A DNA stretch of 54,167 nt from Octopus sinensis (Eukaryota): the NCBI RefSeq assembly GCF_006345805.1, contig NW_021833811.1, forward strand, positions 1-54,167. Reading direction: 5' to 3'. The notes beneath the pieces are model-generated. The model made no database searches and was not told where the DNA came from. It saw only the letters and a program-made list of their open reading frames with translations. Position numbers and translations under genes: made by a program. Every line of letters starts with the position of its first letter. Position 1 is the stretch's first letter. Below, piece after piece: positions 49,370 through 54,167 of the stretch.

Positions 49370-50640
49370 TGTTATTAGAATTTTGGGGTTTTAATGTCTA
49401 TGGAGTGGATGTCTTGCACAGACCAATCCAGTATTCCCAATGTTGCAATCAACACTGGCACTGCAAATGCATTGTGGGATATTGTCTTGTATTTTTCTTA
49501 GTCTGCTGTAATATTCTTGTGTCACTCTATCTTTATTCACAGAACCTTGTTATAATATCTTTTCATCAATGCCAAGATACTTGTAGCATTCTTTGTGTGG
49601 GTACAGGAGAGATGGTGAGACCCACTGATACACAAGTTTTGTGTCGGGTTGGGGCTGATTTTTCCCCGTTCAGCAATTGAGTAAGAGCATTCCTTCTGGT
49701 CAAATTCTTTTCCTGTCAGCTGAGAATGATAATTCCTGTTAGTTTTTGGAATTGCTAACATTTTAGCATAAATATTGAGGTCGTTCTCAAAGAAATTATG
49801 GATTACATTAACATCTCTTGCAGTTTCAAACCCTAGAATGTAGCCTTTTGCTTTTAGTAGCAGGAATGATAATGGATTTAACGCCAAAATGAACAGAAGT
49901 ACAGAGTCTCCCCTTGGAATATCCCCTTTGAAATATTTATGGCATTGGAGACGATCGTTCCTTCCTGTCTCTCCCTCCCTCTCTCCCTCTCTCTGTTTTA
50001 AGTATGAGGACTGTGACCCTCTCAAGGTAGCAGATACTCTTGTCAAATGTAAACACATCAGCAGCCATGGGTGGGGAATAGAGTCAAATGCCTTCCTATA
50101 ATCAAGCTAGACTGTTGTAAGGCTTTTTTTTTTACCTCAGATAGTTACAGCTTTGCTTATCAGAAGTCGTTCAGCACATTCTCACACTTCTTCCACCAGC
50201 CAGATCATCAGCTAATATGTTGTTGGACTCGAGTCAGTGATCCTGGAGGAATTAAAGGCGGTAGCTTGTGTACAATTTGTACATAACATTTAAGCAAGCA
50301 ATTTTCATGCAATTTGGTGGTTTCATTCTTGGTTACTATGGTAAGCCAATATGGTTTGTCAATCTGACAATATACTTATTAGTGGCTTCCTGTAAAATGT
50401 CATCCTCTCGTGCCAGTTTCCAACTATTAAGTCCCCGCCAGGCGCCTTATCATAATGTGGTTTGCCTACAGCTATGGTGAAAATTTCCTGATCAATTGCA
50501 TAAGTTTCACTGTTGATGCTGGTACAGTATTCCCTCTTTACTGCATTTAGTCATGATGCTTTGAGGTTGAGATTCCTCTTTTCGTTCCAGATTTGAGAGA
50601 GGGCTTTCTTAACGGTAATATTTCCGTTCCTCATCTCTCA
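49370..50640 (-). mobile_element. Old R4/REL-type RT relic
   Basis: GD..LLFILALNPLSFLL..HNFFENDLNIYA, YLGIDE and HNAFAVPVLIATLGILDW..DIKT.KIL. Heavily disrupted. Confidence 0.75.
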
Positions 50641-51715
50641 ACATGTATGTATGCATGCATGTATTTATGTATGTACGTATACTTTACATTAAGTTTGAAT
50701 GAAACAAAGGTCATTGCGAAAACTGAACTGCTCTGAGACGTTCTACACCGCGTATTTGACAATATTATTTATGAGACCATTGTTAGGATATTGAATATCT
50801 TCTGAATTTAACATTGAATCACTTTCTGTAGTTTATGTCTTCGGTGCTGAACTTTATGTCCAACGTGTCGATGCTCCTCTCAACAATCCTCTCTCACCTG
50901 TCCCAATTCCACCGTCAGGCATGTCAACTACCAGTCCAATCACACAGCCTGTATTAGTAGACACAACAAGCCCGCTCTTCTATTTGGCGCCGCAGCATCA
51001 TCAGTAGCTAAACCAACAGCCGTAATTTCTGCCATCATTTGTTGTCAAAAGATATCTGAGGCGACAATATTACGACCTCTGGGCCTTATAGTAATAATAA
51101 CAATATAATTACAGTAATAATAGTGAAACTATAGTAGTGAACAAGTAAATAATAAGATAGAGATTATAGTAGTAATAGTGAAATTATAATAGTGAACAAG
51201 TGAATGATTACCCAAGTTGATAATTACCCGAAATGATTAACAAGTGTCGTTGTGAAACAGTCGAGTCGTCGGCGACTAACCGGTAACCTCACTAAGATTA
51301 CTTGGTGGACTTTTGACATCCTGCGAGAGTAAAAGCAAAACCGACAAAGGACAAAAGAACACAGAAGAGTCAATGGCCATCCCGAAAAGGGGTAGACAGA
51401 ACTCGTGAGACTTGGTTGGCAGTCTGTCTAGGAGAAGGAACGCCCTGATTTAAAACTGGGGTAGACAGAACTCCTTCGTCACAATGGTGACAACCCGTCA
51501 GTGTTCAACGGCTTCATATCTGGGATGAAGACGAATGAACCGCGAACTGGGACTTAATTCCGGAGCAACATGAGACCAACTGACGTTCACCTGTCTCCTA
51601 GTGAGAATCATGATCATGGTCCCCAACACACAGAAATGCGAAGGGAACAGGCCCAACGATCTGGTGTTACGATCTGGTAGCCATAGCCCGAACTTACTGA
51701 ATCAATGAGAATAGG

Positions 51716-54167
51716 GTGAACCCAAAACAACAACACATCATGAAATTTTTTGTAAAACTTTTAACAATTGTCAGCACGGAAAAAACAGCCTACATACAAA
51801 AACAAATATATACACAAACAAAAAAGCCAATGCCACCCAGACGTGCACTCAAAATATTCACAAAGGTAAATAGACCCAATACGCAAACACAGAAACACAA
51901 GATAGCACCAAACAGGCAAGAGGAACCAAAAGTGATAAAAACTATCAATGTAACTCACAAAGAACTAACAGAAAACCAAATCAAAATACTCTCCAAAGGG
52001 TTCAAGTTTACACCCACCCCACAACACCACAACTACAATGAAATGAAAGAAAACATCGCGGAATTCTGTAGAAATTTACGACTCGCTGAGGAGCTATACG
52101 ACAAATACAACGAGGACGAATCGTTGGTCCGAAATAAAAGTAACTACACCCCCTCAAAAGGTAAGAACAAAACTCTTGATCATTTCTGTGAACACATCTC
52201 GAATTACCCATATCAACATATGCACAAACAAAAACACAAACTAAAATTCAGCAAAAAAGAATGGGCTGAGCTGAACAAATTAAAAGCTGACAAAACAATA
52301 ACAATCAAAGAGGCTAATAAAGGGAGTGCAGTTGTCTTAATGGACACGGTATTTTATATAACTTTAGTACTATCCATATTGGCAGACACAACACATTATG
52401 AAAAGGTCCAAAAAAACAGTTAGCAAGAAATAATGAGAGAACTAAAATCCATGTTAAACCTATACAAGGAAGTGCTCACCGACAAAGAATATGACTATAT
52501 GACCAATTTCAAAAGTAAATCCAGTCAATTCTACGGTATTCCCAAGATACACAAAGGTGAAAAAATAAGTAACGCATGCAAGATAACCACAGACATAATA
52601 ATCAAAGTCCCTACTCCTAATGATCTCAAATTGAGACCTATAATAGCAGGTCCCGCATGCGAAACCCACTGCCTCATTTACTTTTTAGATATCCTCTTAA
52701 AACCATTCCTCAAGCATGTCAAAAGTTATATAAGGGACGACCTGGATATGCTCAATCACCTTCCTAAAACAATAAACAAAAACACCCTACTAGTATCCTT
52801 CGATGTAGTCAACCTCTATTCCAATATCCCCCACAACCTAGAAATAGAGGCAATTCAATTCAGGCTAGAGAATTACGCCAACGAACTCCCACATCGCATC
52901 GAAAACGAATTCGTGATAGAAGGGCTAAAATTCATCCTGGAAAATAACTACTTCGTCTTCAAAGACAACTTCTACCGACAAAAATCGGGGACTGCGATGA
53001 CCACGAGAATGGCCCCCTCCTTTGCTAACCTAGTCAGGGAATATCTAGAAATTAGTCTTTATCGTAAGGTTCTAGAAAAATAGGGCAGCCCATTCTCCCT
53101 CTACATAGAAAATAACTGGAAAAAATACCTGGATGACTGTTTCATTCATTCTTTGGCATGAAAATATAGAGAAACTTAAAGAATTCCAAGCACTTCTAAA
53201 TGGACTTGACGTAAACATTCAATTTACGATGGAATATAGCCAGCAACAACTTCCCTTCCTAGACATCCTCATTAAGAAATCTAACAACGTAATAGAAACA
53301 GATATATACTGTAAGCCTATGGACTCCAAGCAATAGCTACTGTTCAACTAATGCCACCCCAGACACACCAGAAGGAATATCCCATTCAACCTAGCAAAAA
53401 GGATATGTACTATAGTTTCTAATGCAAACACCAGAGACACACGACTACATGAACTAAAGGATACACTCATCACCAGGAACTACCCACCTTCACTAATTGA
53501 CATATGCTTTCAACTTAACATCCAGAAACTCAGACATCCCAAATTAAAGAAAGATTTACAACCAAAAGCCCTACCATACATCTCCACACACAACCCTCTC
53601 AACAATGAAGCCTTCGACACCATCCTCCAAAACACACCCCTGCTAAAAAGGACTACAGAATGAACTTAATCCTCCAAACACACACCATCATAAAAAGCAA
53701 GAGACAGCCCAAATCTATGAAAAGTCTCCTAACACAAGCCCGAATACGCACAACAACAACACAGAAGCCATCAGTAAAAAAATACGGAAGACCCAACTGT
53801 GGGATATGCGTCAATTTGATTGAGGGATCAGAGTTCACCTTCAAACAAGGACAACGTTTCACAGTGAAAAGCAACTTCACATGTGCTTCGGAGAACCTGA
53901 TATACGCACTAACCTGCTCTAGGTGTCAAGAACAATACATAAGCCAAACAAAAAACAGTCTACGTAAAAGAAAGGCTCTGCACAGATCCCAGATCAAAAT
54001 TCCCCAAAAATTCAAGCTTCAGAATTTTTCCCCTCTACCAATTTAGGGACGATACAACCTGAACCCAACGAATCGGTAAAGAGACTCTCTTTACTACAAA
54101 ATACAGACCCCTTTTGAACGCGTCTGCAACAAACGACATACCCACCACGGCCTTAGAATAACACACA
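51716..54167 (+). mobile_element. Penelope-like element (RT + GIY-YIG), decayed, runs off the window end
   Basis: LSKGFKFTPTP, ITIKEANKGSAVV, FYGIPKIHK, LRPII, LVSFDVVNLYSNIP, YRQKSGTAM, YLDDCF, LPFLDI, then FTC.SENLIYALTCSRCQEQYISQT. Confidence 0.93.

Overview
This is AT-rich, microsatellite-dense eukaryotic DNA, inferred to be octopus/cephalopod from the tRNA-derived SINEs, R4/Dong LINEs and (TA)n/(TAA)n/(TATG)n density. Most of the window is retroelements (R4/Dong REL LINEs, CR1-like LINEs, Tx1, Penelope-like elements, SINEs) plus mariner, hAT and Helitron relics. Most short ORFs in the track are microsatellite artefacts or antisense to TE ORFs. Host-gene signal: three minus-strand PAN/apple-domain exons with phase-1 splice sites (44425-44682, 30856-31086, 28283-28518), C-type-lectin-like relics, and a paralogous block shared between the window start/10.5-12.1 kb and 46-47 kb. 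Best observations: (1) a complete type-I hammerhead ribozyme in the loop of a ~170-bp-arm foldback element (5570-6155), with two weaker hammerhead-like motifs elsewhere; (2) a head-to-tail array of three R4/Dong LINEs inside one expanded (TAA)n tract in the presumed intron of the PAN gene; (3) mosaic identity between the duplicated blocks, suggesting gene conversion. No database searches were run; family names come from recognised motifs, and TE boundaries and percent identities are by-eye estimates.
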